Assembly (NCBI GenBank): GCA_905178155.1
Contig: CAJINV010000003.1
Coordinates: 10,237,979 to 10,301,978, forward strand
Reading direction: 5' to 3'
Origin: Amoebophrya sp. A120
Taxonomy: Eukaryota > Protista > Dinoflagellata
DNA length: 64,000 nt
The position numbers and the translations under genes were made by a program. The notes under the pieces are model-generated. The model saw only the letters and a list, made by a program, of their open reading frames with translations, searched no databases and was not told the DNA's origin. Below, in pieces: positions 1 to 12,494 of the stretch; within the stretch, counting starts at the first letter, position 1, and each line of letters begins with the position of its first letter.

Positions 1-140
1 AACAAAAAGAAAAAAAGAAAAAATCGAAAAAGGAGAAGAAAAAGGACAAAAAGAAAAGGAAAAAGGAAGCTGTGCGGAAAAAGGAAGACAAAAACAAAAA
101 AAAGTCAAAAAAAGAGAGGAAAAAGCCAAAAAAGAAAAAG
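1..140. repeat. Purine-rich (A/G) low-complexity tract
   Basis: Runs of A interrupted mostly by single G or C, almost no T. Confidence 0.8.
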
Positions 141-967
141 CGCCACTCCTCCAGTAGCGAAAGCGATTCTTCCGAAAGCGAATCCTTATCCTTGTCATAG
201 AGACGATTTGTATGCGTGGCTTTTTGCGCTGCCGTGTCGCCTGTTGTTGTCGATGGACGCTACCAAAAAGAAAGATTGCGATCACGTTCACGACCTCAAA
301 TGCAGCAGCTCCCGGGCATTGATATGATTACTCAAGCACAGTGCGAGTGTTCATCCCCATGGCACTTCCTCTGAGTAAATATTGTGCACGAATGACAGTG
401 TTCTCAGCAACTGCAACATCTTCTGAGACTGGAGAAGACGAGGCGGCCGCGACGACGAGTTGTTTTCAAACGACGAGATTTTTGTTCTGCATCGTTTTCT
501 ACTGCGTGCGCTTGAAGATGAAAGCTACTGCGTTTTCGCAAAAGCTACATGATGTAAGTTCGTGGTTCGTTGCGTGCTGGAGAACCATCGATACTGACAT
601 ATTTACTATATTGTAACTATATGATTTTCATTTTTGCACTTCGTCAAAAGCAAAATAATATGCGCGAGCAAATTCGAACTAAGCACACGCAGAGGTATAT
701 GTAGCCAGCTGCGTGTGGATGGCTTGCAACGCGCCGACACCGAGGCGCATATGCTACATGTCCTACATGTGCTCCGCGGCTGCGCGCGCGCCCCGAAAAA
801 TTTTGAGACCCTGACGCTGTGAGACCTAAAGGAAAGCAATTCGCGCTACGAAATCTTGTTGGCGATTCTGCTAAGGGAAAGCAAATCGCGTTGGCGATTC
901 TCTAGGATCGAGAAAAAAGCACACACATTGGCGATTCAGATCCGCAATGTTTTTGTAGATCTTCCCT

Positions 968-1213
968 TCTCCCGGGGGACCCGCCATCTCCGGGGGATCC
1001 ATGCTCCAGTCCCCCGGGGACGGGATCCGCTCGGGCCTCGGGGAATCCGCCCTTCCAGGGTGGGTCGGCCTTCCCCTGGGGGCCCCTCCGCCTGTTCCCC
1101 AGGGGGATCCTCCTCGAGCAGGATCCGCCCCTTCCCCGTGGGCTCCGCTTTTCCACAGATGAGGCCTCCGCTTTTCTATTCTTTGCCGGGATCTGCCTTC
1201 TCTCCAGGGGGAA
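968..1213. repeat. Degenerate GC-rich minisatellite of CCCGGGGGATCC-like units
   Basis: Recurring ccgggggac, ccgggggatcc, ccccggggacgggatcc, cggggaatcc, agggggatcc. Confidence 0.55.
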
Positions 1214-3978
1214 TACAAAAAGAGGCTGACCAGACAAGAATCAGGGCGATGCTCTTGGCGGGTGGATTAGCCAAGAGTGTTGCGCCAGTTCTGTAGCCTT
1301 TGACTGCGGCGCCACCCATCCCGCGGTGTTTCGTTGTGGTATGTGCTGACCCCGATGATTGGGCCGCAGCGTATTTTCACGCTTGTGGATATGGGCCCTG
1401 CGGCTTTTTTATTTTTTGTGTTCTTCCAACGGCGGGCCGGTTGGTCCGTCTGCTAGCTAGCTTTCTCCGGGTGCGGGATCGGGAGAAATGCGAAACATCG
1501 CGAAAATTAAAGAAACGCGCGAAGCGAAGGCAGGACGGGCGCCGCCCGCCTGCGGGCTCGTCCACGACCTAGCTCGAGGCCGCGGCGCGCGTCGGGAGCA
1601 GCATGGCCAGGAGGGAGAGCCTGGCCGCGCTACGTCTCTCTGCCCCCTACTTGTATTGCTGTGGGGCAATGTGCTCTCCCGCTCTGCAGTTTTTTTCTTG
1701 ACTCGTTGAAAGTGTTGTAAAGATGGAAGCTCAGGAGCAACAGGAGCCTGGTACGGTACCCGGGTCGCATAGGTGGTAAAGAAAGGCGGCCCCAGTGGAG
1801 AGAAGCAAGGGCGAGTGCGTGCGCGTAGCTTTGGCGCGTTTCGGTGTGTCGGGTATCAGGGACAGAAATCGCCAGGGGCCCGGATTTGGGGCAAACGAAG
1901 AAAAGCGGAAACGCGGAAAGAGGAAATACTTATATAAAGCACCGGGACAGCAGCTCGCCCCGGCGCCGGATTTCAAAACGGGAGCGGCTTCTGGGGGAGC
2001 CCCACCCCACCGCCCGCCCGCGCGCGCCCGCCCCCTGCTCGTGGCGAAGGCCTTCAGTCCCAGCCATGCAGTCGGCGTCCCCCCCTCGTGAACCCCGCGT
2101 CGCTTTTTGCCCATGTTTACAGGCACTCCCGGGGCGCGCATTGTCACGAAACACGGCGATCGAACCCTGCGGCCCTCGCTCGTGACCCCCGCCACCTTTG
2201 TAGCCGTAGCTACCCGTCGCGGCCATGGCGGTGGGTAGCCCGCGCACTCGCTCTCCCTCCCCCCCGCGTTGCCCCGAAGCCACTTGGCGCTTTCTGAGTA
2301 GAAAAGCAGCATGAGCCCCGGGACGTGCCTCGTGACCCTCGTGGTTCGTTTGAAAGACTTGAAACAAAGTAGCTCTGCGGCGTCCTCGGTGGGCTTCCAG
2401 CCACACTTGAGTGCCGTCAGTCTGCGAAGAGCAAGAATTGAGGCCCTATGTGTAGTTGGTGACGCGAGATCTTAGGACCCCGCCGGCATGAACGCTCTAG
2501 CCTGGCTGTCGATGTCCTTTCTTCTAGGTGAGGCACGCTCATTCAGGCCGTCCGGCAGCAGCAAAATCGCAGGACGCCTCAACGAACAACGGGCGCGCGC
2601 GCGATCACGTAAGAGGACTCCACGGCCTACGCGACTGCTTGAAGAAGTTCGAGAAAAGGGTCCACGGCGATTGGTAGCAGAGCTGCAGCAAGCGCCCAAA
2701 AAAATCTTGAGGCGCCCGCGTAGTCATGGTGTGTCCTCTTCTAGAGGTGCGAATTTGCCGCAACTCCTGCTGGGTGGCCGGCGCTATCCTGTGCAAAAGT
2801 ATCGCACCCGTTTATGCCTAGCCGTATTGCTGTTCATGAGCTCGCTTAGATTTAGAAGCTGGCGGGAGGTTGGCGAGATGAGTGTGGCGGTAAGAAATGG
2901 CGCTGAGTCGGGGAGAAGTGGCAGGGCGTTGGTGTTGGCGTCGCTACCGCCCCGGCCTAGTGGCGTGGCGCGTCACTTCGCCGCGGCGAGTGGTATGGAG
3001 TGAGGCCGCCCCCGAACGGCTCGAGCCCTGGAGCTTTCTCGGCATTTCCCGTCAATAAGGCCGGCCGGCAGTTTGAGCACCTATGGAGCTTTTTTTTGTA
3101 TGGAAGCAAATCAGGCACAGCAGCTTGCGCGGCCCCTGTGCCAACGTTTCGTGGCGGGGGACAATCGCCCACCGGCCTAAAAGGCGACAATAGCGGGCCA
3201 GCAACGTCGGCGCCCTTCTCAGGCGCCCGCCGCGTGAGATTCCGGCGCGCGCGCGATTCACTTGGACTGCCCAAATAAAGGGCTTCCAAGATGAAATTGC
3301 GCGCAAAATCACCACAGCGAAGCCGAACGGCACGGCCGCGATTTTGGGGTCTTGCTTTCATTGATTTTGGGCGACGGCGAAGCCGGCCGCCTTTTCGCCA
3401 GGTGGTGCGTGGTTGCCCTGGTGTTGGGAAGCTCCTGAACGAGCGTGGTCCCTTCGTGAAAAATGGGCCGCAGAAAAAAAAACGCGTCAGCGTTAACGCT
3501 AGGCCGCGCGCCGTGATATGGTTCCTTGAGTATTTTCGAAAGCATCCATTTTGGAAGAGCGCGCCCATTGAATTGTGGCGGAAAAGTCGGCAAGCGCCGC
3601 TACTTTTGCCAGCGCACTTCTTGGGGGGGTAAAAAAGAAAAGTTTGCGGGGAGTCGCCTAGGCCTAATTCTGAACGCGCAGCCCGTCGCCCCGTCGATCC
3701 CACAAGAGGCGCGGGAGGCCCGTTGTCAAAAGACGCCAAGAGTAAGGCCTGGAATGAAAGGTCGCAAAGACTTCAGGATGTATTTCGGCATGTAGACTCT
3801 CGAGCGCCCTTTTGTGAGCCCGCTGGCGCGCTGAAAAGTGGCCGGGTCGCCTCCGGGGCCGGGCCCCGACGAGGCCGCTCATTGCCAGGAAAAGGGGGCG
3901 CGGCCAGCGGGGTGGTCGGGGCGGGGGGGTGCATTTTTGCCCCTTTCGGACCCCCCCTTCCGGGCACCCCTTCGTGGT

Positions 3979-4071
3979 AGCTTCGACACAGCCTATGCCG
4001 ACCCCCTAATCCCCATTGGAGACTGCCGACTTTGCGTGCCCATAAATGGCAGCTTCGACACAGCCTATGCC
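3979..4071 (+). repeat. 21-bp perfect direct repeat, two copies 72 bp apart
   Basis: AGCTTCGACACAGCCTATGCC at 3979-3999 and 4051-4071. Confidence 0.85.
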
Positions 4072-4825
4072 AACCCCCCTCCCCCCCCCTCCGACACACC
4101 CCCCAGGAAGGACTTGACTGCTGGCGCCCCCGCGTTCGCAGTATCCGGGTGGAGAGGGAAGAGCAAAATATGCTTGGCCGCGTCCAGAATTAGATCCGGA
4201 AGAGGAGGCACGGTTGTCCCTGTCAGGAGGCCTCAGGAAGGCCTGTGCATCTTCAGCAAACCAAAGTGCTGCGGACTCATCGAAAAAAGGAAAGGGCCGG
4301 ACGGCGGACAGGGACGACGAAGAGGGGCGCCAGCATGCACGTGGCCAACAAAAAAGAGCGGGCGCTGTCCCCCCAAGAGTAAAACTGTTTTTGCCACCGT
4401 AAAAGTGATGGCATTTGCCGACGTTACCGCCCTAATTGAGGGAGTGAGAGAGTGAGGGAAGCGCTTGCCCGTTGTTTCTCGTGCCCGAATTGCGTTGCTT
4501 GTGAAATTGCAGGCGTCGCTACAACGTGGCCCCGCTGGTGTGTTCGTGTTGCCTTGCGCCGCAACATCACCCGGCCCCGCCTCGCCCTTCAGCCAGCCTC
4601 TGAAGGCCGTCCGGTTTGGTTTCCGGCGATCCCGAAACACTTGCCACGGGCTGCGGATATTCAACGAGAACGCCTCCGGGTGATTCGCCGGCTCGTGCAG
4701 CCGCTCAGCAGATCGATGAGTGTGGAGGAAAGCCGGCAATCTTTGAGGGCAGCCGCTTACGCTTGAAGGCGGTCAAGATAATTGGATGGTGGCCAAGATA
4801 TTCTGACGCCAATCAGGCAACTTGG

Positions 4826-4907
4826 GACGGCAGTCGAGCAATTTTTGACGGCAGTCATGCACTTTGCGACGGCAGTCCGGCGATTTTTGACGGCAGTCGC
4901 GCAATTT
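4826..4907 (+). repeat. 21-bp tandem repeat x4
   Basis: GACGGCAGTC core at 4826, 4847, 4868 and 4889. Confidence 0.85.
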
Positions 4908-5512
4908 CGAAGGAAGTCAAGTAATCTTGAAGAGGGTAACAAAGCAGCCAGCTTCCGCGCCCCCCCCTGTTGTAGTCGAACGCAAGCCAACTTGGCTTGC
5001 ATTCGATTGGTTTTTGACTTTCTTCAAAAATACCCTGACTATTTTCTGACCTGCCGGGCTTTCGCTTCACGTTCCAGCGCTCTCCAGACTCAACCTGCAG
5101 CCAATTGGCGCTGCCTCGCTCGTCTCTTTTCGGCTTCTGGCGACCACCTCGCGCAAAGGGCCCGGGGTGCGCGGCCCTTCGGACCGCCAAGAGTGTTTTT
5201 GTAGCTGCGCCCACAGGTGGACTGCCGGCCCTTCTCTTTTTGTGGGAAGCGCGGCTGTGGTCATTGTTTAGCAGTGGGGGCCGTTGTTTTTGTTAGCGGG
5301 CTGCACATCCACGGCGTATTTGCAAGCTACATCCTGCTTTTCGTTGGCAGTGGCGCCTGTCGCGTTTTTGTCGCGTGCAACCACCCTAACAAACCGCGAG
5401 CGACCCGGGAAGCAAAGAAATATCGCGCACGCAGGGACGCGGCGACTGTTTTGCGTGCCGTCGCGCCCCTGTTTTGGTTGTCGACCGAGGGGCAGGGGAA
5501 AAAAAGCTCCGG

Positions 5513-5696
5513 AGGCTGCTAAGTGGAGGGGGCCCATTTGCAAAATGCAAATGGCCCGTCTTCGCAAATTCGCCCAGTGCTCCACGAACTAAATCACACG
5601 ACGAGGCTGCTACGTGGAGGGGGCCCTTTTGCAAAATGCAACTGGCTCGTCTTCGCAAATTCGCCCAAAGTGCTCCACGAACTAAATCACACGACA
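5513..5696 (+). repeat. ~91-bp tandem duplication, each unit with an internal palindrome
   Basis: ggctgcta.gtggagggggccc.tttgcaaaatgcaa.tggc.cgtcttcgcaaattcgccca..gtgctccacgaactaaatcacacgac occurs twice. The gggcccatttgca/tgcaaatggccc segment is self-complementary. Confidence 0.8.
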
Positions 5697-6326
5697 ACGG
5701 CAGACGCAGGAAGCAAGCCCACACGCTAGGCGCCCGGCTGTTCTTCGTTTTATTTCTGGAGCCCCCCCCGCCCGCACCCGCGGTGCCCGCATCGGGCCCA
5801 TGGCGTCGGGGCTGGTCCCCAGAGGGAAATGCTGCAAATTTAAACGCGCAAAAATTCGCGGCGTTTTTCTTTTTGAAATGGGCACCATTCCGTTCGGCGT
5901 CACGTTACAGCGGGTCCGCAAAAGGAAAAGCGGGCCCGCGGCCGGGGCGAAGTCAAGAACGAGAGCGCGATCGACCTCACCTCCGCTGTGGCGTTTATAT
6001 TTCTTTTGCTTTTATTTTTATTGGCCAACGCCAAGCAGATCGGGCTCGGGCCTCATTACTCAGCAGAAGTTTTTAAAAGTTGGTGGTTGGATTTGAAGAA
6101 TACTCGTGAGCGAACTTTTTTGCAGCAGAGAAAAAGTCGAAAACGGGGCCGCTCTTTCTATTCTTTGCATTGCCTTCAGTCCCCCTTTTCGGTGTTTGGC
6201 TGTGTTTCTGCCCTGTTGTTTGCATGCCATTAGTGGACTTATATGAGTGCGATATTTTTGTATTTGCACAGAATAAGCGCTGGGACAGTTTTGCAGACGG
6301 GTACGCGGCGCCCTTCAATCCCTTTA

Positions 6327-8499
6327 TGCAAGAAAAGATGTATTATTTTCACGACCACGAACACTATCACGACTACGGTCTGCCTCCATGTTGTTGCAGA
6401 TGCATGACTGAGCACGCAGGGGGAGCACAAGGGTCTTGCTTGCGCGACACTGTCAAGATCGATGCGCACGACAAGAACGACAGTGAGCGCCTTGAATGGT
6501 CTCTGTGGCTCGTCGTGAAATTGTTCTGTAAGTGCAGTAGCTCTTTGCATGTGTTCGTCCTTAATATGGGACGGACAGAACGTTTATTCTCAACTAATTT
6601 TTTTTTTTCGATGGGGCGCGCCGATACCTAACTCCCATGCATGGATGTTTGTAGATGCTTTTAAATTAGGCGTCGTCTAGCTAGTGAAGTAAGTAAACTA
6701 AGATAAGTAGCTAAAGACACAAGGAGCCGGAGGTGTAGCAGATCGGGCTGGCTCGCTCTTCGTGGATGCATCCACAAAGAGACAGCCGATGCCGGAGGCT
6801 GTTCTGCTCCTTGTGTCTTTAGCTATCTTTTTTATCTACTTTACTAGCTAGTCGACGCCATTAGAGATGTTGATGCATGCAAATGACACCGCAGTTGCCG
6901 ATGCTTTTCCGCCCCTTTGAAAAAAAAAAATCAGTTGAGAGTAAGCGTTCTGTCCAGGCCATACTTAAAATTAGATGGCTATCCATTCATAGGCTTTTTC
7001 AGTGTTAATGAGACGCCCCCGCAGTCGTGACGCACTTTTTCCATCTGATCTCCTCGCGGCTCGAGATCGCAACTCAAACTCTTCCCGACCGCAACTCAGC
7101 TTCTACCAGCATCCAGGCATGGGCAGCAACCGCAACGCCAACGTCGACCCCTGGGACTGCGCGACTTGCCCGGTGGAAGCGGAGAATGCTTGGAAGAACG
7201 AGACGGCGACGATGGATGTTGCTTGGTAAAAGTACGACGGAGAGAATCTACGGCAGCCACTTTCGCGTGTCAACCCGGTATCGTGACATCATGGAGCTGC
7301 ATCAGGCCTTTCATGCCTTTCTTGCTTCGCCACTTTTTGCCAACGCCCTCGGCGGACAGGCTTGCCCATACTCCCTCGGGTTCGGCAGTCTTCTTAGTTA
7401 CGAGCGGCATCAGGGAGTTTCCCCGTACGCAAATGACGGCGATGTTTTCGTTCCCAGCGCATTTTTTCGTGTGGTCGAGCGAGCAGCGGTGCGCGATAAA
7501 GGCTTGGCATCTGCGTCTAAAAGAACGAGTCACGGGGGCACAAGCATGAGCGGAAAGAACGACGTCAAATTTGTTACCTTCTCACTTTCGCACGGAAGGC
7601 TCGAGAACCAGGCCCGTCTGCGAGAGTCACCAACTCAACGCGTTTCTCAACCGGCGAATCAAGGCAGCTTTCCAGATGCGAATCCCGCGCAGACGGTGGT
7701 CCAAGAACGCTTGTCTCCAATTGGGACAGACGAGAAGGTGGCTGTCACGTACACCTCTGTGCCTGTCGATTCGATAGACGACATTTTTGCTGCTTCCGGC
7801 GCGAAGTACGTTCTACATTTGAGCGACGAGAGCTGGACGTCTTACGCCCATCTTGCAATCAAAAAGCAACCCACGGGAGAGCAGGTGAAGAAAGCACACG
7901 GCACCTGGGCCATGCAGTGGGACCCGCCGACGGGGGGTCGCTTTGTGATGCAGCACGACAGCAAGAGAGATGTTGCCGAGATGAGAGACAGGGAAAAAAG
8001 TGCCCCGATAGAAATAACCCAGCGGAGCAATCCCGAACTGCTACCGGACGGCTCAGGTGGAAAGCGATACACCTACATCGATCTCTCTGTGTTGGACCCA
8101 ACGTATGGCGCGCCGACACACACATCCTGCAAGGCGGGCTACAAAACTAGTCCCGACAAAGCAGTCGGGTTCTTTCTTCAACAAAAAGAGCGGACTAACG
8201 TACCTCTGCGGTGGCGGACTGCGCTTACGGCGGAAGAAGCTGGTGGCGCTAACGCACAAGGAGAAGGTCTCTCATCTGCCATCAAGCATTTTCCACCCAC
8301 GCAGGAGGTCCTGCTGCACGATGCCAGGAAAGAGGACGCTGCATCTCCGAACGCGCGGCTGCTCACTTCAACACGGGTGCGCATTTTTTCAAATTCTACC
8401 TTGCGCGACAACATGCTGAAAGGGTGCTACGGCGAGAAGTATCTAATCCCCGACCACTTTTGGAATCAGGAAAAGCAGCTCTGGGTAGTGGTGAAATGA
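6327..8499 (+). CDS. LicD/fukutin-family nucleotidyltransferase-fold protein (spliced; 5' exon structure tentative)
   Basis: ORF 7027-8499 has YSLGFGSLLSYERHQGVSPYANDGDVFV (LicD GTLLGAvRhxgxIPWDdDxD), YIDLSVLD, and a C-terminal FPP...MLKGCYGEKYLIPD. Tentative upstream exon ends at 6527, followed by a GT-AG intron 6528-7002. A frame change near 7205-7240 is still needed. Confidence 0.75.
6561..6968. mobile_element. Foldback MITE flanked by TTAA, inside the LicD intron
   Basis: Left ttaa-tatgggacggacagaacgtttattctcaactaattttt matches the reverse complement of the right end (ttaagtatggcctggacagaacgcttactctcaactgattttt). Inner arms agctaaagacacaaggagc/gctccttgtgtctttagct surround a central gtggatgcatccac palindrome. 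Confidence 0.85.
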
Positions 8500-8959
8500 G
8501 GCGGTGCGCACGAGAGAGGGCGAGGACGGCAACAGCGTCGCAGCAGCCGAGCAAGATGATCGCGAAAAGGTGCACATTTATCCTTCGTTGTACGACTCGG
8601 GGAAAATCGCGGACGGCTCTATCGATCTTTTTCTGTCTTCTCACGTTTTGGAACATCTGGGGAACCTTCCACGTTTTCTGCGCAGCGAGCTCTATCCGAA
8701 GATGCGCCATGGTGGATTGGTCTTCTCGGAGGTGCCAGACCACGACCGGAACTACATTTTGAAAACGTTTGGGGGACAGTTTTATCTCACCTTCCCGACG
8801 CCGGAAGGAATCGAGAACCTTTTCCGCGACGCAGGTTTCGAGCCGGTGAAAAGCTGGGTTGGAGACGGTGGGTTGCACATCCGCACAATGCACCGAAAGC
8901 CGGATTTGGCTCATCAAAAGATTCGTGGCTCTGCAACTTCCTACCAGAAGGCGGGATAA
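8495..8959 (+). CDS. C-terminal half of a class I SAM-dependent methyltransferase (exon or fragment)
   Basis: IADGSIDLFLSSHVLEHL...KMRHGGLVFSEVPD...FPTPEGIENLFRDAGF match post-motif II, motif III and the C-terminal AGF pattern. No GxG motif I and no ATG upstream of these motifs in this frame. Confidence 0.6.
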   Translation, partial: NEAVRTREGEDGNSVAAAEQDDREKVHIYPSLYDSGKIADGSIDLFLSSHVLEHLGNLPRFLRSELYPKMRHGGLVFSEVPDHDRNYILKTFGGQFYLTFPTPEGIENLFRDAGFEPVKSWVGDGGLHIRTMHRKPDLAHQKIRGSATSYQKAG

Positions 8960-10190
8960 TGCAGGGACTGTGCTCGGCTCTGCGCTAGGTGCGGTTGGAT
9001 GGAGGCGGCGTAGTCCGGCACCTCAATACAATACAATGCAATACAATAGTACATCAAAAAATTGAATCAAATGCCACAATGGAAGCGGTGCTTGACTGTG
9101 AAGGAAATGCTGTCGATTGTTCGCAGGCATACTTGACGCATGGACAAATCGTCCTGAAAAACGTGAGCTGTACAAACCGATGACAAGGAAAAGGTAAGTA
9201 GCCAAATAATACTACTAGCGCGAGCACCTCATAACGTGAATTTTCATCCCCTGCTTGAGGCTGAGCCGCCGACTGTAGTCTACTACCTGATATTACTCAC
9301 TAATGTTTCTTGTTTCTGTCAGTCTGTTTCTTTTTCGAGATAACGAGCCGGACGATGCGCGTCATCTTATAACAAAGCTAGACTCTGCCGGTCATCTTCA
9401 TTAGGCACGTTGACGTTGTTGACGTTCATGTTTTATGGAAATGCGTGAAGTGGTGCGCTGCTCCTGCTTCTATGTTCTTTCTCCTACTGTGTCAGTAGGT
9501 ACCCGCATGCTGATGCTGTCCTCTTGCTGGTGATCGCGGTGAAAGTACGTAGCGGATTTGTGTCGTGTATGTAAGAACCAATCCACGCGGCGTGCGCCGC
9601 GTGGGAAAAAATAAAACAACTCTTCAGCGTCTGTGTCAAATTCTGTCTGCCCTGAAAAATTTTCGCGCTCGACTTTGTCGCCTCTAATAGAGTGGCCGCG
9701 TTTGGCTTCTCTCGAAGTGGCCAAATTCGGGAGAAGACAAAGACGGCCAGCTTTTGGCTTCGTCTCTGAGGCCCAGACTAGCAAACAAACAACGAGGTCG
9801 CTTCTTGCTGTACAAAAGTGGCCAGCTTTAGCGGCTTTTATTTCAGAATCCCGGTCAGATCAGGAAGAAACCAGGAAAGAGCTCGCCTGCTGTTCGCTCC
9901 CTAGCCCGGCCTCGCTTTTTGCTTTTACAAAAGCGGGCAGCTTTGGTCTCTTGTCAAAGTGCCAGGCGCTTGAGCGACCGGAATCGCGACAGCAGTGCGC
10001 GAAGCATCTCAACGCGAATGAGGCCCAGTCGGGCTCTTTCCACACGGCGAAAATCTCGCGAGCAAGCGAAACGGCGATAGCAGTGCGCGAAGCAGCTAAC
10101 GAGCAGCGACTCCCATCCGGGCTTGTTTCACACCGTGAAAAGGGCCTGGTTGGCAAATCGTCGGCGTTTTCGTATACACTTTTGTTCAAT

Positions 10191-10738
10191 CGGTAGAAAA
10201 CGCTCAGCAAACCTTCAGAAGAAACCTCCTGAAGAACTTCAGAAGAGTTGACATTTCTTCTGAAGAAAGCTTCAGAAGGTTTTTAGCTTTCAACCTTCAG
10301 AAGACCTTCTTGAAGGTTTTTCGACCTTCAGAAGGTCAAAAAAGGTTGGCCCTTTTTTTTTTTTTTATTTTTTGGCAAAAAGTGACGTTTTTCATTTTTA
10401 ACCTTCAGAAGGTTTTGAAAAATCAGCCTTCAGAAGGTCAAAACCTTCTTGAAGGTCCAAAGTCAACGCGTGCCAAACCTTCAGAAGATTTTTTTGCTCA
10501 AAAACCTTCTGAAGGTAATTACCTTCTGAAGGTTCACAGAAAAAAATAAACTTTCGCGGCGCAGGATCTGACGCCGTTTCAATTTTGCTCGTTTTTTGAA
10601 CTGCTATTTTTAGAACCTTCTGAAGGTTCGTCGACTCTTCTGAAGAATTTTCTTCTGAAGGTAGTTTTGATTTTTCAATATCTTCTGAAGAATTTTCTTC
10701 TTATTATTTTTTGCGAGAAGTCAAGAGCTGGGTATATA
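10191..10738. repeat. Foldback array of ~20 CTTC(A/T)GAAG palindromic units (MITE-like)
   Basis: The left half is dominated by ccttcagaag and the right half by cttctgaag. The ends tatac.../...gtatata are weakly inverted. Confidence 0.7.
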
Positions 10739-11687
10739 GTGCTCGTAAAAATTATGTAAAAAACTAAACAGTTAACAGCTTCCTTTATTGGGGTTTGTCA
10801 GTGGATTTGAGAACATTCGCACGCATTTGCACGCGTTTGCCCCGGCGCCGAGCTCGCTGGCAGCTGTTCGCTTCTCCCTTTTGCAAGCAAGTGACGCAAA
10901 GCGCTTGCTGCGTTGCATCCTGCGCGTAGCCTCAGCGCGTTCGCATTCGCCGCGATGCATTCTGTTTCCCGAACTGAAGCACCAACGTGGGCCACCTTGA
11001 CGCAGGCCATGGCTATCAGTGTTTCCATGTTGGAGGCCGTGAGGTCGTAAGTTGCTTGGCAAACACGTGCGGGGACGGGCGAGGGCCAAAAATGGCACAG
11101 AGACTTGCGAACCTGCTGGCATTCCGTCGCTTCTTGGCCTCATGAATTTCCTGGGCTCCGCCTATGGTTATGGCGAAGCGTCGGTCTTTTGGACCTTCGC
11201 CATTGCGGACCATTTCCTCGGTATTCCGCGACGCTATTGCCAACGCCTCCTCTGACCAGCGGCGGGCGCTCGCCATGGATACCGTCGAGCTCATGACGGC
11301 GGTCGTGGGTTCTGAGGATTGTTGGCACTGCCTTCGCGATTGGTCTTCTGAGTTGGTCTACGCTTTTGCGGTATGGCTATCGGGGAACAGAGCTGGCGGC
11401 CTAGCAGCTAGCTCGGGCCATTCTGGTCTATCGTCCTGTGTCGTTTCGGGATGGAGCAGGGGGCATCTGGGGCGATCGTGTTGCAGGTGAGTGGGATCGA
11501 TTTCCGTGGCCAACTATGGGGCCGCAGTCTCTGGCTTAAGCGCGCACCTTGTCGCCAAGCTTTTTCCTTTGCGGCGGGGCTCTTCTTTTAGAGGGGAGAG
11601 ACGAGCGGCCTGCGGGATAAATGTTAATATTCTCGCTCAGCCGAAGAGGAAGATGGCGTCGCCAATGACGCTGCCACGTAGTAGCTA

Positions 11688-12494
11688 TCTAGCACGGGCG
11701 GTCGCTCCGCGCCCGCCGGCCCGGCGACGAGGGGGTGCAAGGGGGGCGGGGGAGAAAAGTGCCAGGCAGCCAGTGGCCAACGCCACATGCCCAAACTATA
11801 TTAGCGCGATAAGCGAAATAAAAGAGAAACGGCCGCGGCGGAAAGGCAGGGGGGGCGCTGCGTGTGGCTCTTGCCAGAAGCGAGACAGACCACAAGAAAA
11901 GAGCAGGCAGGCCAAAGCGAAAGCCCACCCACGGCCGGGGACGAGGCAAAAAGCGTTGGAAGCGAAAGGAGAAGGAGGCGGGCCGCAAAGAAACCGGGGG
12001 CACGCTGCTCGACAGTCCAAAGCAAGGAAACAAAGCAAAATCAGGCAGCCCCGGCGTGGCCCAAGGGCCCCCGTGGTCGGCAGTGCGCACGCGGCCAAGC
12101 CTGGCCTGCAGAGCCACAGGCGGCGGAGAAAGGCGCAAACTGGTGCCACATCCCTCGCAACAGGGGTGGAAGGGGAAGGGGCGCCAGAATGCAGATCGGC
12201 TGCAGCCCGGGGCAGCCAAGCGCGGAACGCCAGGCATCTAAGCCAAGGCCAAGGGCCCAGACCAGGGCAGGCAGGTCCGAAGGCCACCCGGGGGTCGGGC
12301 AGCGGGCGCCGCGGTTCGTCCCAGCGAGTTTCCCAATTTGGCAGGTTTTCCTACTAGTGTTTCCGTTTTCCCCAAAATCGGGCTTTTTGTCACTAGTGGC
12401 TCTATTAGTGGGCGCCTTCACTAATGGCGCCTGTCACTAGTACCTCTCGCGCCTTTCTGTCACGCTAAAAACACTAGCAGGATTGCTACTAGTG
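11688..12494 (-). mobile_element. Non-autonomous Helitron-like family B, diverged or truncated copy
   Basis: Homologous to 36962-38110 and 44515-45657. On the minus strand it ends in a GC-rich segment then gCTAGAT. ACTAGT-rich 5' region. Confidence 0.65.

Noticed and set aside
341-6100. Numerous short ORFs, including 2488-3003 and a CPNC motif at ~4480
   Set aside because: No recognisable domain or consistent exon chain. Probably decayed repeats.
11491-12440. Long GC-rich ORFs here and at 37154-38113 and 44635-45515
   Set aside because: They overlap on both strands, lie within Helitron-like repeats, are Arg/Gly/Ala-biased, and frames are not conserved between copies.
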